From assembly GCA_964016885.1 (NCBI GenBank), contig OZ024743.1:99014001-99078000 (forward strand): 64,000 nucleotides of DNA, written 5' to 3'. Positions 29,015 through 43,369 of this stretch are shown here, in pieces; positions within the stretch are counted from its first letter, which is position 1; each line of letters opens with the position of its first letter. The notes below the pieces were generated by a model. It was not told the origin of the DNA, made no database searches, and saw only the letters and a list, made by a program, of their open reading frames with translations. The stretch comes from Eledone cirrhosa. Its lineage: Eukaryota. The translations under genes were made by a program, and so were the position numbers.

Positions 29015-30367
29015 ATTGTTATACGTTGGGAGGGTCATGCTGCCAATAAAAATACATGCACTTGTTGATTGTCATCAAAGCTCTTTCAGCACACATTCTG
29101 TGACCTCCTCAGTGACTACTTTTGTTGTTGTTTTGTGTATCTCTGTTTTTCTGTCCTACACCATCTTGTTTTTCTGAGCTGTATACTTGTGGGGCACATG
29201 TGTTATATCCAAGTTTGTGTGTGTGTTTTTTTTAATTTTATTTTTTTTAAATATATTTATCTGTTTATTTATTTATTTGCTTTGTTTCCTTCCTGTCACT
29301 AGTTGGTTATTTGACTCCTTTATACATCCTGGGTGTATAAAGCCAGAGCCAAATGGATAAAAATTATAGAAAATCATGTGAATGGGACTTGCCTCATATA
29401 TAGGAGCAAAGTTTGGAATAGGATAGAGAGAACTAAGAAGAAGATAAATAAGACCAACTCCTGGTATAACAGCAACAAATACCAGAGGCAAACTAGCTTA
29501 AAGATTTAGAAGGGCTCTAGACGTATTCAAATTAAGGTAGTAGAAAAACTAGGTATCCCTATAAATTCCTTGATTAATAGAATGTACCCTTTTGAGAAAC
29601 TGCCCTGCACTTATAGAATGCAGATTAAGCTCAGAAATTAACTGTAAAACTAGGAACATAGTACATAGCATAAAGTGTAGGGGGGGGGGGGGCAGGAAAA
29701 GGACCATGGCAAACATATGTGAGTCGGCCTATAGCACAAGAGAAAAGATAAAAGAACACTATTGAAAACTTCAAGATGAGAAAAATTCCTCAGTACTGCA
29801 CCAACATGCCAGAATGTAATATAGGGGCAAACTAGAGAATATTGGGATAAAAAGGATATCCACTCACAGAGCAGATGCAGTGCTTCGACAGATTACAGAA
29901 GCAACAAACATAAACAAACTCCAACCAAAACTAAACAGAAAAGATGAGTGGGATAGCAACAACATAGTAACTAAGGACAAGATAAAGACATACAGACACA
30001 AAAACTAAACTAATAAAACAAACCAGACACAGATGTAGAATAATTAACCAATTAGTGACATGTAGAAAAGAGGGAAAATAAATAAATAAAATGCACACAA
30101 ACTAGGATATAACTCATGTGCAGCTCAAGTATACAGCTCAGAAAAACAAGATGGTGTAGGACAGAACAAAAAAGAGACAAAATAACAACAAAAGTAGTCA
30201 CTGAGGAGGTCACAGAACATGTGATGAAAGAGCTTTGATGACAATCAACAACTAAACAACCATCTGGTTATTAAACTAACCAAATGGGAAATTATAATAA
30301 ATTGAAGTGAAGCCCAACAGGTGCATGAGTTTTTATTGGCAGCTTGACCCTCCCAGAGTACAACAAT
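29015..30367 (+). mobile_element. Decayed 5'-truncated Penelope-like retroelement (linker plus GIY-YIG endonuclease) bracketed by inverted pseudo-LTRs
   Basis: 29015-29311 is the reverse complement of about 30042-30367. The interior translates, with stops and frameshifts, to IYRSKVWNRIERTKKKINKTNSWY..IKVVEKLG..PFEKLPC..NCKTRNIVHSIKC..ICESAYSTREKIKEH..SVLHQH..LRQITEATNINKLQPKLNRKDEW, the typical PLE linker and GIY-YIG C-terminus. Confidence 0.85.
30194..30246 (+). ncRNA. Degenerate type I hammerhead ribozyme-like motif in the PLE pseudo-LTR (mirror copy 29068-29119, minus strand)
   Basis: gtagtca CTGAGGA g-gtcaca-gaaca-tgtgat GAAA gagctttga tgacaat. Core boxes and stems I and II are present, but the cleavage triplet is non-canonical. 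Confidence 0.55.
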
Positions 30368-30373
30368 CTATAT

Positions 30374-30447
<74 letters not shown>

Positions 30448-30837
30448 AAATGTGTAAGTCAAACATGTTAAAGTTGGCTTCGTTTATTCTATATGTATAT
30501 ATATATATATGTAAACATATATGTACATACATACATACACTCACACACACTAACACACACACATACACACACACACACATACACATATATATATATATAT
30601 ATACATGTAAACAAACATACAAGAAATATTTACAAATGCACATAGATACATGTATTTTATGTATGTAACTGACAGCGAGAAGTTTTCTGAAACAATTTTA
30701 AGCACAGTGAATTGGGAGAAAAAAATAGACAAGTAAATATATAAATAAATAAATATATATTTTAGCAAATTTCTAACAAGAATTACAGATATTTGTTTTA
30801 AATATACAGCCATAAGTTATAGCAGTGCAGTTGTATG

Positions 30838-31842
30838 ATGTGTTATACACATACTGACAGAGCTACAGTATGTATTATACACATACATACACACAGAGCT
30901 ACAGTATGTATTATACACATACTGACAGAGCTACAGTGTGTGTTATACACATACTGACAGAGCTACAGTATGTATTATACACATACTGACAGAGCTACAG
31001 TATGTGTTATACACATACTGACAGAGCTACAGTATGTGTTATACACATACATACACACAGAGCTACAGTATGTATTATACACATACTGACAGAGCTACAG
31101 TATGTGTTATACACATACATACACACAGAGCTACAGCATGTATTATACACATACTGACAGAGCTACAGTATGTATTATACACATACTGACAGAGCTACAG
31201 TGTGTGTTATACACATACTGACAGAGCTACAGTATGTGTTATACACATACATACACACAGAGCTACAGTATGTATTATACACATACTGACAGAGCTACAG
31301 TATGTATTATACACATACTGACAGAGCTACAGTGTGTGTTATACACATACTGACAGAGCTACAGTATGTGTTATACACATACTGACAGAGCTACAGTATG
31401 TGTTATACACATACATACACACAGAGCTACAGTATGTATTATACACATACATACACACAGAGCTACAGTATGTATTATACACATACATACACACAGAGCT
31501 ACAGTATGTATTATACACATACTGACAGAGCTACAGTATGTATTATACACATACTGACAGAGCTACAGTATGTGTTATACACATACTGACAGAGCTACAG
31601 TATGTATTATACACATACATACACACAGAGCTACAGTGTGTGTTATACACATACTGACAGAGCTACAGTATGTGTTATACACATACTGACAGAGCTACAG
31701 TATGTATTATACACATACTGACAGAGCTACAGTATGTATTATACACATACATACACACAGAGCTACAGTATGTATTATACACATACATACACACAGAGCT
31801 ACAGTATGTATTAAACACATACATACACACAGAGCTACAGTA
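30838..31842. repeat. Minisatellite with interspersed 32-bp and 36-bp units, about 30 units
   Basis: Unit acagagctacagtatgtRttatacacatac followed by tg (32 bp) or atacac (36 bp). Spacing of the agct motif is always 32 or 36. Confidence 0.97.
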
Positions 31843-32069
31843 AGAATGTATAATTTACATCATACATATCTATATTTATACACATATATTATCTATAACC
31901 AGTTCTACATGCATACATAGCACGTGAATTTATGTGTGTGTGTGTGTATGAGTATATATATATGTATATATAAATAGGAATATATATACATATATACACT
32001 TATCATATATATGTACAATACATACACATTTTAACTATTTTCATCTCTAAGTGTGTGTATATATATATA

Positions 32070-32162
32070 CATACTTTTTCCTATTACCCACTCTACTACC
32101 CTAAGTATTGAGTACTCTGGTGCGTTATGGTCCACCTGGTTCCTTACCACATCTCCTTTGTT
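32070..32162 (+). mobile_element. Hairpin+tail short element, tail-only copy
   Basis: catactttttcctattacccactctactaccctaagtattgagtactctggtgcgttatggtccacctggttccttaccac is near-identical to 33259-33340 and starts in a TA run. Confidence 0.85.
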
Positions 32163-32416
32163 ACATGCTTATATATATGTGTATATACATACATACATAT
32201 TTATATATATACATATATACACATATACATATATATATATCAAATAGCTCTCTACTATACATAGAGCACTCTTCTTTCCTTTACCCTTTCTACGGAAATA
32301 CTTAACATATATCATCATCATCATTATATATATATATATATATACGTATGTATATATATATATTAAATATCAGCCGTACTAAGAGTGAGAAATGAAATTT
32401 CGTTTCATTCTTTTCC

Positions 32417-32454
<38 letters not shown>

Positions 32455-32944
32455 ATATATATATATATATATCTCTATATATATATACATATATACACAT
32501 ACATATATACATACATACACACATATATATATATACTTATATACATGTGTGTGTGTGCAAGCATATTTATGATGGCGTCTTATTGTTCAAATATTATATA
32601 CAAAGAATAGATGTTTATATACATAGATGAAATATATGCTACATAATCTATATTGAATGGCACATAGATACATTATATACATATAGCTGTAAATCTAAAT
32701 ACATGTATATCTGCCTATATATATGCACACACATATATACAAACATACACACATTATATACATATATATATATATATACTACAAAATGATATACACAATC
32801 ACATATGCAGCTTTATAACCATCCATCATATTCAGTCATTGATATACATACACATCTCCCCCTCTCCCCCATCTCTCTCTCTCTATATATATATAATATA
32901 TCAGGGAACAAAGAATCAGTGTTGCATCAGATACATATTTAATC

Positions 32945-33033
32945 ACACATTACATATGTTTCACTGTCGACCAGCTCGAGGAACGGATTAATGATCGATC
33001 CTGACTCTGGAATCGGAAGCTCCTCAGACATGT
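32945..33033 (-). ncRNA. Type I hammerhead ribozyme with intact core, within a ~215-bp pLTR-like insert (32901-33117) in TA repeats
   Basis: Minus strand reads acatgt CTGAGGA [58-nt stem II hairpin] GAAA C-atat-G TA atgtgt, giving a GUA cleavage triplet and a palindromic stem III (acatatgt). Confidence 0.75.
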
Positions 33034-33158
33034 TTTAACATGTAGACTCACGTCTAAGAGTGGTTGGATATATTATGCTGCCACACACTCTGTTAAAGGA
33101 ATGTGTCATCATTGTATTATATATATCTATATATATACACATTTATATATATATATAT

Positions 33159-33351
33159 GAAAAAGTATGATCCCGACAGCAGAGCTCAAGCCGTTTCGAC
33201 AGCTATTTCTAGATGTCCAGAATAGCCGTCGAAACAGCTTGAGCTCTGCCGTCGGGGTCATACTTTTTCCTATTTCCCACTCTACTACCCTAAGTATTGA
33301 GTACTCTGGTGCGTTATGGTCCATCTGGTTCCTTACCACAATTCCTTCGTT
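33159..33351 (+). mobile_element. Hairpin+tail short element, full copy (~50-bp arms, ~80-bp tail)
   Basis: 33159-33269 is a near-perfect inverted repeat followed by the conserved tail, with (TA)n on both sides. Confidence 0.85.
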
Positions 33352-34370
33352 ATATATATATATATACACACATTTATTATATAATTAAATCTTCCACACA
33401 CACATTCAGTAATTCAGTTTCAATGAAGTGTGTCTTCATATGTGTGTAATCACCAGGGGAACTCTGACATACCCTGGTAGCATCAATGCTGCTTGGCACA
33501 GAAAGAACCATACTGTTGTTAGGTGCCAAAATCATGTCCATCACCAGTCATCATCTGATGAAGAGAATGTTCTTCAGATAAGCTGTATGCAAATTAAATT
33601 ATAAAGTTAGAAATAATAATATATATATATTTAACTTAAGGTATGTGTAGGACTTTGTGACTACAAACACACAAACACAAATGCGTACATATATATGTGT
33701 GTGTGTATATGTATATATATTTAGAGAGAGAGAGAGTGAGACATATATAGTACAGTCTCAATTACGTGGTTTTTATACAGATATAACTTTATATATATAT
33801 GCATGTATATATATATGTGTGTGTTTGTAAGGGTGAGTATATATGTATATTTATATATATTCACACACATACATGTATGTGATTATTTCTTTATTCAAAC
33901 TGATTTAATGTAGTATTTCAACTACTTGAAGAGCAACAAGACAACATATTTTTGAGAACAGGAGTTAAGAAAAAGAAATTAAAGATGACTCTAACTGTTT
34001 ATATCCCACATCTTTCTTGAAAATTCTTAGCCATATTTCACATAAAATCATATATTTCATTTAATATTTAGCCTTTATGATACCAACTCAGCTCTGGTTT
34101 TATGAAACTAAAACCATCAATTTTAAAGGGTTCATATTTATAATAAATAAATTATTCCGACATAATATTGTATAAGAACCATATGTTAAGATATCTTAGT
34201 AATGAAATAATTAATGATTGTACCAAATCTCTCCAAATTCTTCAGTGATTAATTGAAATAGAGAGTATTTCATTAGAAATACAGTGACAGGTTAAGAAAT
34301 TCTCTCTGTCTGTGTGTCTCTCTTTTCTGTATATGTTTCTGTTTTCCCTCTCACTATTCTTCTGATTTAA

Positions 34371-34577
34371 CCCTTTAGCATTTACATTAGTCTATATTTA
34401 CTATTATATCTTTATATTTACTATTTATCTCACATAATATTGAAGCTATGAGATTTTGAGATTATTTATTTTGAGAATAATACCTTAATGTGAGTATGAA
34501 CAGCCAGTTATGGTTGGTTTGAACAGAAAGAGGTGAGAGAATTCTGGGGTGATATGGCAAGTTTAAATGCTAAGGGG
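34371..34577. mobile_element. piggyBac-type MITE
   Basis: ttaa|ccctttagcattta ... taaatgctaagggg|tttt. TIRs start with CCC after TTAA; the right TSD is degenerate. Confidence 0.6.
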
Positions 34578-35361
34578 TTTTATACAAAGACATTTTACAC
34601 CAATAATATAATTAATTTACAATCTACTGTTACATTGCTCCATACTGAGGATGTACATCATATAGAAATGGTCTTGTTGGATATAGAAAGAGTAGAGAGT
34701 ATGTAAAAGTTAAATGCATAAAGAACATGACATGTTGAGAGGCTTACCTATAATGGTAACTTTAAGAACAAATATATATACCTTCCTACTTACCTACACA
34801 AGGTATACACACACATATATATATACATACATACACATATCTATACATACATACACATATCTATACATGCCGCATACAGAAGAGAAATAAGAATTATGCA
34901 GGTATGTATGTAATATATGTGAGTGGTTGTCAACACAGTTACTTATAGACTTGAATGTATGTATATTCATACACCTCAATAGTCATGTGTATACTTATAC
35001 ACAAACACACACACACATATATTTATATTAAGCAGAAGTAGTTTATATAATGACTAAATATCACTAAGAATCCTTTGATTGATTTCTGTATCAATTTGTG
35101 TGGATCTATGGTCGAATATTTACCATTTTCCCATGTGTTTTATTAAACTTAGTATTTCTACTAAAATATAAAAGAGGCTATATTTATACATACACAGACA
35201 CACACACACAGGTTTACATAATACATGAATGTCTGTGTAGTTTGGATGTATATACGGATGTATATGTAATGTGTATGAGCCATACAACATTAGTTTAGAA
35301 GTAACATTTAAAAGGCACTGAAAAGCAATAGATATGGTCACATTGAAAGCAAAATAAATCA

Positions 35362-35420
35362 TTATTGTTGTTGCTGCTGTTGTTGTTGTTGTTGTTATTG
35401 TTATTATTATTATTATTATT
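35362..35420. repeat. (TTG)n(TTA)n trinucleotide microsatellite
   Basis: Directly visible; it explains the poly-L and poly-N ORFs. Confidence 0.95.
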
Positions 35421-35601
35421 ACTATATTTTTGGCATGCCATATATGCAGAAGACATTCTCAAACACATATACATACATACACAAACAAACACACACACAC
35501 ATATTGATGCTTATGGAGTTTATTACATAGAATCTCCCTATAGACATGCTCACATATTTACAGTTAGATATATATCAAATTCATTTTTTTCATGTATGGG
35601 G

Positions 35602-35645
<44 letters not shown>

Positions 35646-36014
35646 TTAAATATAGATGCTTTAAAGTAAACTATGCTAGGGACAGAAGCAGAGTAAAGAC
35701 ACATTTAACAAACAGATACAGAGATAGAAATAAAATATCCAGAAGATTTGTGTGTGTGACTAGATTTATATATATATATAACATATATATAACATATATA
35801 TATAACATACATATATAACATAGATATATAACATAACATATATAATACACATATATAACATACATATATAACATATATATATGCTTATATATGCATGATT
35901 ATGTGTTATATATATTACAAATAAGCAAAATAAACACAATGATCCTCCACATACATATGTATATATATATATTTATTATATATAAGTGTGTGTGTGTATA
36001 TAAATACAAACATG

Positions 36015-36049
<35 letters not shown>

Positions 36050-36408
36050 TATATATAAGTGTGTGTGTGTATATAAATACAAACATATATATATATATAT
36101 ATATAATTGAAGGTGTGTTTGTGTACATATAAATCCATACATATGTGTATATCTATATATATATATACACATCCCAGTATATGTATAGGGCCATATATAT
36201 ATATATATATATATACGTATATATATATAATAGCTGTATATTTACTCACTTATGTCAATGTCTATGCAATAACAAGAGAAATGTAAAACAATAGTGTTTA
36301 TGTATGAAACTCTATTTTAAAAAATCAACAAAAAACATAACACTCTACATTTTATGTATTGAGTTCTTTATTGTAGGTTTCTTAATCTTTGAATTAAATT
36401 AATTGATT

Positions 36409-36459
<51 letters not shown>

Positions 36460-36592
36460 ACACACATATTTATATATACATATATATATAAGCATAAGCA
36501 TATATATAAGCATAAGCACATATATATATGTATATATACATATATATATGTATATATACATATATATATGTATATATATATACATACATATA

Positions 36593-36625
<33 letters not shown>

Positions 36626-36741
36626 GCTGAAATATTCACATGCTAAATCACACACACTCTCGCAGGCACACAAATAAATACACACAATTTCATATCTATG
36701 TACATACACAACAAAGCATAAAAGTTATTTCTACTGGCAGG

Positions 36742-38415
<1,674 letters not shown>

Positions 38416-38615
38416 NNNNNNNNNNNNNNNNNNNNNNNNNNNNNNNNNNNNNNNNNNNNNNNNNNNNNNNNNNNNNNNNNNNNNNNNNNNNNNNNNNNNN
38501 NNNNNNNNNNNNNNNNNNNNNNNNNNNNNNNNNNNNNNNNNNNNNNNNNNNNNNNNNNNNNNNNNNNNNNNNNNNNNNNNNNNNNNNNNNNNNNNNNNNN
38601 NNNNNNNNNNNNNNN
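38416..38615. other. Assembly gap of 200 N (contig join)
   Basis: Exactly 200 N, the size of a scaffolding placeholder. Confidence 0.99.
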
Positions 38616-40072
38616 AAATTTTGACAGAAAATTCACATATGTTCTAACTGCTCACAGAATACGAAAAGAAACTCTTTAATATTTGATAAGACTGATATAC
38701 CAATCAAAACCAGTAATATTTGACAAAATTTAAATCCATTTAATGTAATAATTATAAAAAATATTCATTCCGTTGAATAAAGAAACAAATAATCTTTAAA
38801 AACACCCCTGTGCCTTTTCACCTTATATATTCTCTGAAATGTCATACCTTATATATTCTCTGAAATGTCATACCTTATACTTTTCTAGTTAGTTCTATGT
38901 AAATACTATGAAAGTTTAGAAAATGTTTCTTCTCAGAGTTTTGTGATAAGTTTCAATTGAACCAATATAAGTAGTGTGGTTGTGATAAAATATAAAGATC
39001 AACAAACATATACCCAGTCAGAAGAGCAGGATGGATAATTTACAACTTACAGTTTATTCCTTGGTATGTATTGGAGATATTACTAAAATAATTAACATGT
39101 GGCTTAGTTGATCTAAATGGTCTAATTTATTTATTTTCTGTGAAATAATAGTTGGGAAATATCCTCATATCTGTATATGTGATCTGTTCATATTTAATTA
39201 TTTCACTTTCTAATAGTTTTTAATCAATTATTTCTACTTATTGATATTTCCGAAATCAGAAAATTTTTTGTTTCTGCGAAGGAGACATTTGGTGCTGTAT
39301 AATATCTACAGTTGAATCAAATTGATAAGTCTCATCAGAGACTATTTTTGCCTACATGAACTTCAGTAGATGTATTAGTAGGCCAATACTGTAGAAATAG
39401 TTTAGCAATGTCTGGTTTAATTCTAATTACTCAAACAGCTCACAATACATAAATAAATAACAATAAAAATGATTAAAAAACTAAATAAGAACTGTCCAAA
39501 ATTTCCATCCCTTTCTCTTTTCTCAAATTTTGTTTTGGTTTAATTTTCTCTTTTTTATCATCATTCAGATTCATATTTTTTTAAAGATCTAATATATGTC
39601 TGGAGATTCTTTGCTATGAGTTAAAAATGAAATGAGAAACAAACAAACAAAAAAAAAACATATCACAAAAAGCATATAGGAATTTGACAAAAAAAAAAAC
39701 CACCTGCTTCGTACTAATTTCATTGTTGATATCTCATCAAACTAATACACTTTCTCTTTTCTTTCAGTTTTTTTTTTTCACGGACAACATTATTTGAACA
39801 GTCATAAAAGGTTTTTTTGAGATTACATTTATGTTTTTTTGATTTACAATTTACTTTTTATATTAGTTTTCATCAAGTGTCAATACTGTCATGAAGCAAA
39901 GCTATAACTCTCCATTATCCATTGTGGCTAAGTGGTCTGGAGAGATAGGACCAATTAACAGAGGCAGTAATTAGCAGGGCAGCTGCTTGGCCAATTCAAC
40001 ATGGTTCCAAAGTATATGTATATGCATGCGGTGGTTGTGTATGTGTATATGTTGTGTGTGCATCAGACAAGG

Positions 40073-40189
40073 TTACTTGAGTCTCTGAGTAACATTTGCC
40101 AAAGCTACGGCAAAAGCCTGCAAGGCAGTGAAAGGGTATTGAAAATCCAAGGTATATGCATTGCTGTCTATTCTTCCAAACTGCATTAC
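40073..40189 (-). CDS. TULP4: Tubby-related protein 4, last coding exon (VMQFGRIDSNAYTLDFQYPFTALQAFAVALANVTQRLK*)
   Basis: Acceptor tttcttatcatcag|GTA, phase 0, 38 codons plus TAA. The peptide is the characteristic TULP4 tubby-domain C-terminus. The ORF track shows only a wrong frame here. Confidence 0.95.
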   Translation of the reverse strand, partial: VMQFGRIDSNAYTLDFQYPFTALQAFAVALANVTQRLK

Positions 40190-42689
40190 CTGATGATAAG
40201 AAAATATGAAAAAAAAAATACATTAAAAAAAAGTTTAAATCAAAAAAATATATATTATCTTCAAACAAAATGACAATATATAACATGATGTAACTGGTTT
40301 ATTTCAAATTTACTACATTCAAACATTTTATCAAGAGTAGTATACTTCTATATAAGTTTCTGTACATACAGAATTTTATGATGGTCTGAAACAGTTAACT
40401 GAAAGGATAACTCAGCATAGATTGTGATTGGCAGGTAACTGTAAGAGATTCTGAAGAAATAGCCTCCATTCTAGTAATGACAGCACATTAGTGGATTAAC
40501 CATGAGAGAAAACTCTTCAACTACCTTGACCTACTTTAAAAAGATAAGAAACACAAACAATGATGGAGCAAGTCATCTGGTATGAGTGTTTCTCTGGTTC
40601 AATCAATTCAAAGTAAAAACTGAGTTAGAATAAAGTTAACTAACTTCATGTTTTCTTCTATGTAGTTTTGTTTATAATAAACTACACAACTCTATTAGCC
40701 TCAATTATAAATGATAGTATATGAGAGTTCCCCACAATCTGAGCAAGGGATTTTTAAGTACTGAAATAGGATGTAAAAAAAAAATAATTACCAGGTAACA
40801 CCCAAACATCTTTATTTTCATTTAAACAAAATTTTACAGTCCATTTTACATTGTTTTAGCCTTCTTAAAAACATTACACACTTATACACAATGTTTCAAG
40901 CAAACTACAACACTCTATTAAAAAAAATACTTTTGAATATATTTTTGAATAGTGTTATCACCTAAAGTCTGAAAATTTATATAACATCCAATAAGATAGT
41001 TAATAGTTGCAATATAATGACTGCATACCAATAGTTGTCATATAAGCTATGCTAATCAGTTATTGTTTTGTAACCCTAGTTCAGGCCCTGATTGAGCAGA
41101 TCTATGATGAAATGTGTTCAAAGCATGACCATGTCCCTTTTTTTATTTTGTGATATGAAGGAAATTTAGCTGCTATTTCCAGTAGGTTGAGTAATTACAT
41201 TTCTCTTTGTTGATTCATCTTCAATGAGTATAATTAGTATATGCTAATATTAGCTTATTCACAATCCTTTAAGGACAAACAATTCCTCTGACTATACATC
41301 AGAGGTACAAAGCCTGTGGGCCTTATCTCAAATAGGTCTTAGGTGCTCTGAAATTTATATTTTATTTCATTAAATCTTGTATTAAAATAAAAGCCATGAG
41401 TTATGGCTCAACCTTTGAAGCAGTTTCCAATAAAATTCCAAGTAAAAAAAATCAAACTGAGTAAAAATAAATGAACTAACTTCATGTTTTCTTGTATATA
41501 TTTTTATTAATAATAAACTATGCAGCTCCATTAGTCTCAATTATTATTTTGTTAAGCTACAAATGACTTCAATTTCCCCTCCCCCTGCTACACATATGTT
41601 CATTCTGTTTTCTAAACTCAAACTGAGCTGATTCATACAGAATTATTCATACATAATTATATCTGGATTTTGAACGCTGTCTTTATTATATTTTATATTC
41701 AAAGCACCTTACACTTTAATATTTGTCTCATATGATATATTTACAGGATAATTTGATGAATAACAAGTAAATTTTATTAAACTATGTCTAAATAGGTGGA
41801 AGGTTTTTGGTATTAGTGTTGTTTAAGTCAACTAGTCAATTTATATACAACCCAAGTAAGCCACCATTACTGAATATAGCTTTTGATTGCAGATTACATA
41901 TTCTGTTTACTCACTTGAATATCAGTGTTTAGCTTTATAAACTGATGGTGAATTACCAGAAATGTTAGAGCAGAGCTGGTACTACTATTAGGCTAACTAA
42001 CAAGCTGCTTAAGGTACATACTTGAGAGTGGTGTATTACTGAACTTAAAGGGTCACAGATTCATACAAATATATATAATTGAATTAAATAATTAATAATT
42101 TCATGTGATTAATAAATAAATTACTAAATATCTTTAAGTAGCAGCAATTTGGAGATATTTAAAGTGGTGAAGAGGGTCATATGGTGTTATGACCTATAAC
42201 ATAATCTGACATGGGTGAGTGTGAAATGTGTAGTAGAAAAGTCAGACTAAGTAATTTTCTTATTGCCAGAGCAAGTGTCAAAAGCTATGTTTGTAAGCTT
42301 GCCAGAGAGTAACTTGAAATATTTTATTTGGGAGAATGAGGCACACACTGTATGGCTAGACTAAGGTATTAAACCCCTAGATACAAGTCCCATTTAGATG
42401 AAATACCTCATAGTATTTATTACTGTCCAGGTTAAGGCAGTGGACTGGCAAAGTCATTTGAACATGATATAGAATGCCTAGTGGAATTTGTTTTGGTTCT
42501 TTTTGCATTCTGAGTTCAAATCCTATCTTAGCCAATATGGGGGTGCTAGACTTATTTGGTTGCCTTCCCCTTTGACTTAGTGATAAAAAAACTAAAAACC
42601 TTGTTGCTTACTCTATATAATTGTTACACACACAAGTTAATTTTTCATTTGCAATAAGATTGCTGATCATAGTTCTAACTTTTTCGTTT

Positions 42690-43004
42690 TCATATTTCTA
42701 ATGAATGACACTGCCTATGATTTCCAAATAATTTTGAAAATAATCAAGAATTTGGAGGGATTTAGTAATATAACTTCATTATTAAGCTGGTTTCTGGAAC
42801 ATAACTTAACAGAGGTTCTTACATAAAATTATGATGCAAGGTTTTTAACTAAATATAAATACTAATGTTAAGATATTGTTCTCAAAATAAATAACGTCAA
42901 AATATCATAGATTCAATATTATGTGAAATAATTATGTGGAGGTAAAGCTTTTACTGTGAAAATGAAATAGTAAATATAGAGTAATGTAAATGCTAAAGGG
43001 TTAA
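42690..43004. mobile_element. AT-rich piggyBac-type MITE fragment, with related pieces at ~44717-44800 and ~45905-46120
   Basis: Ends in taaatgctaaaggg|ttaa, the same TIR as 34371-34577. The internal block cctatgattt.caaataattttgaaaataa..aagaattt recurs three times. Confidence 0.55.
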
Positions 43005-43369
43005 ATCAAACAGTTTATATCATTGAATAAAGATTATTTCAGAAAATTTGGTATCAGAATGTTAAACATTCTCTATCTGAGTAAATAAAACTTTAGTGAA
43101 ATATTTTCTTAATTATGTTGTTGCTTTTAAACTATCAGGATGGCTCTGGTTACAAGAAAATGCAGTTTGGGCATTGAATACAGAATGCTAAATTTAAAGA
43201 TAGGATGACGTCTGAGTAATAGAGCTGTTTGGTAGCTTATAGTTCCGTGTTCACCACATAAAATAACTGAAAATCTCACTTTAAGGACATTGAAACATTT
43301 AAAGATCACGAATGGCCAAGTTGATAAAGTACAAGACAACTAACTTGAAGGTTAACAATTCATATCTGT

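Noticed and set aside
33127-33388. ORFs over the hairpin+tail element (SSAVGVILFPISHSTTLSIEYSGALW...)
   Set aside because: The recurring peptide only reflects the DNA repeat; starts and stops are inconsistent between copies and the 50024 copy is frameshifted.
39996-40286. 96-aa (-) and 90-aa (+) ORFs
   Set aside because: Wrong-frame and antisense shadows of the TULP4 terminal exon.
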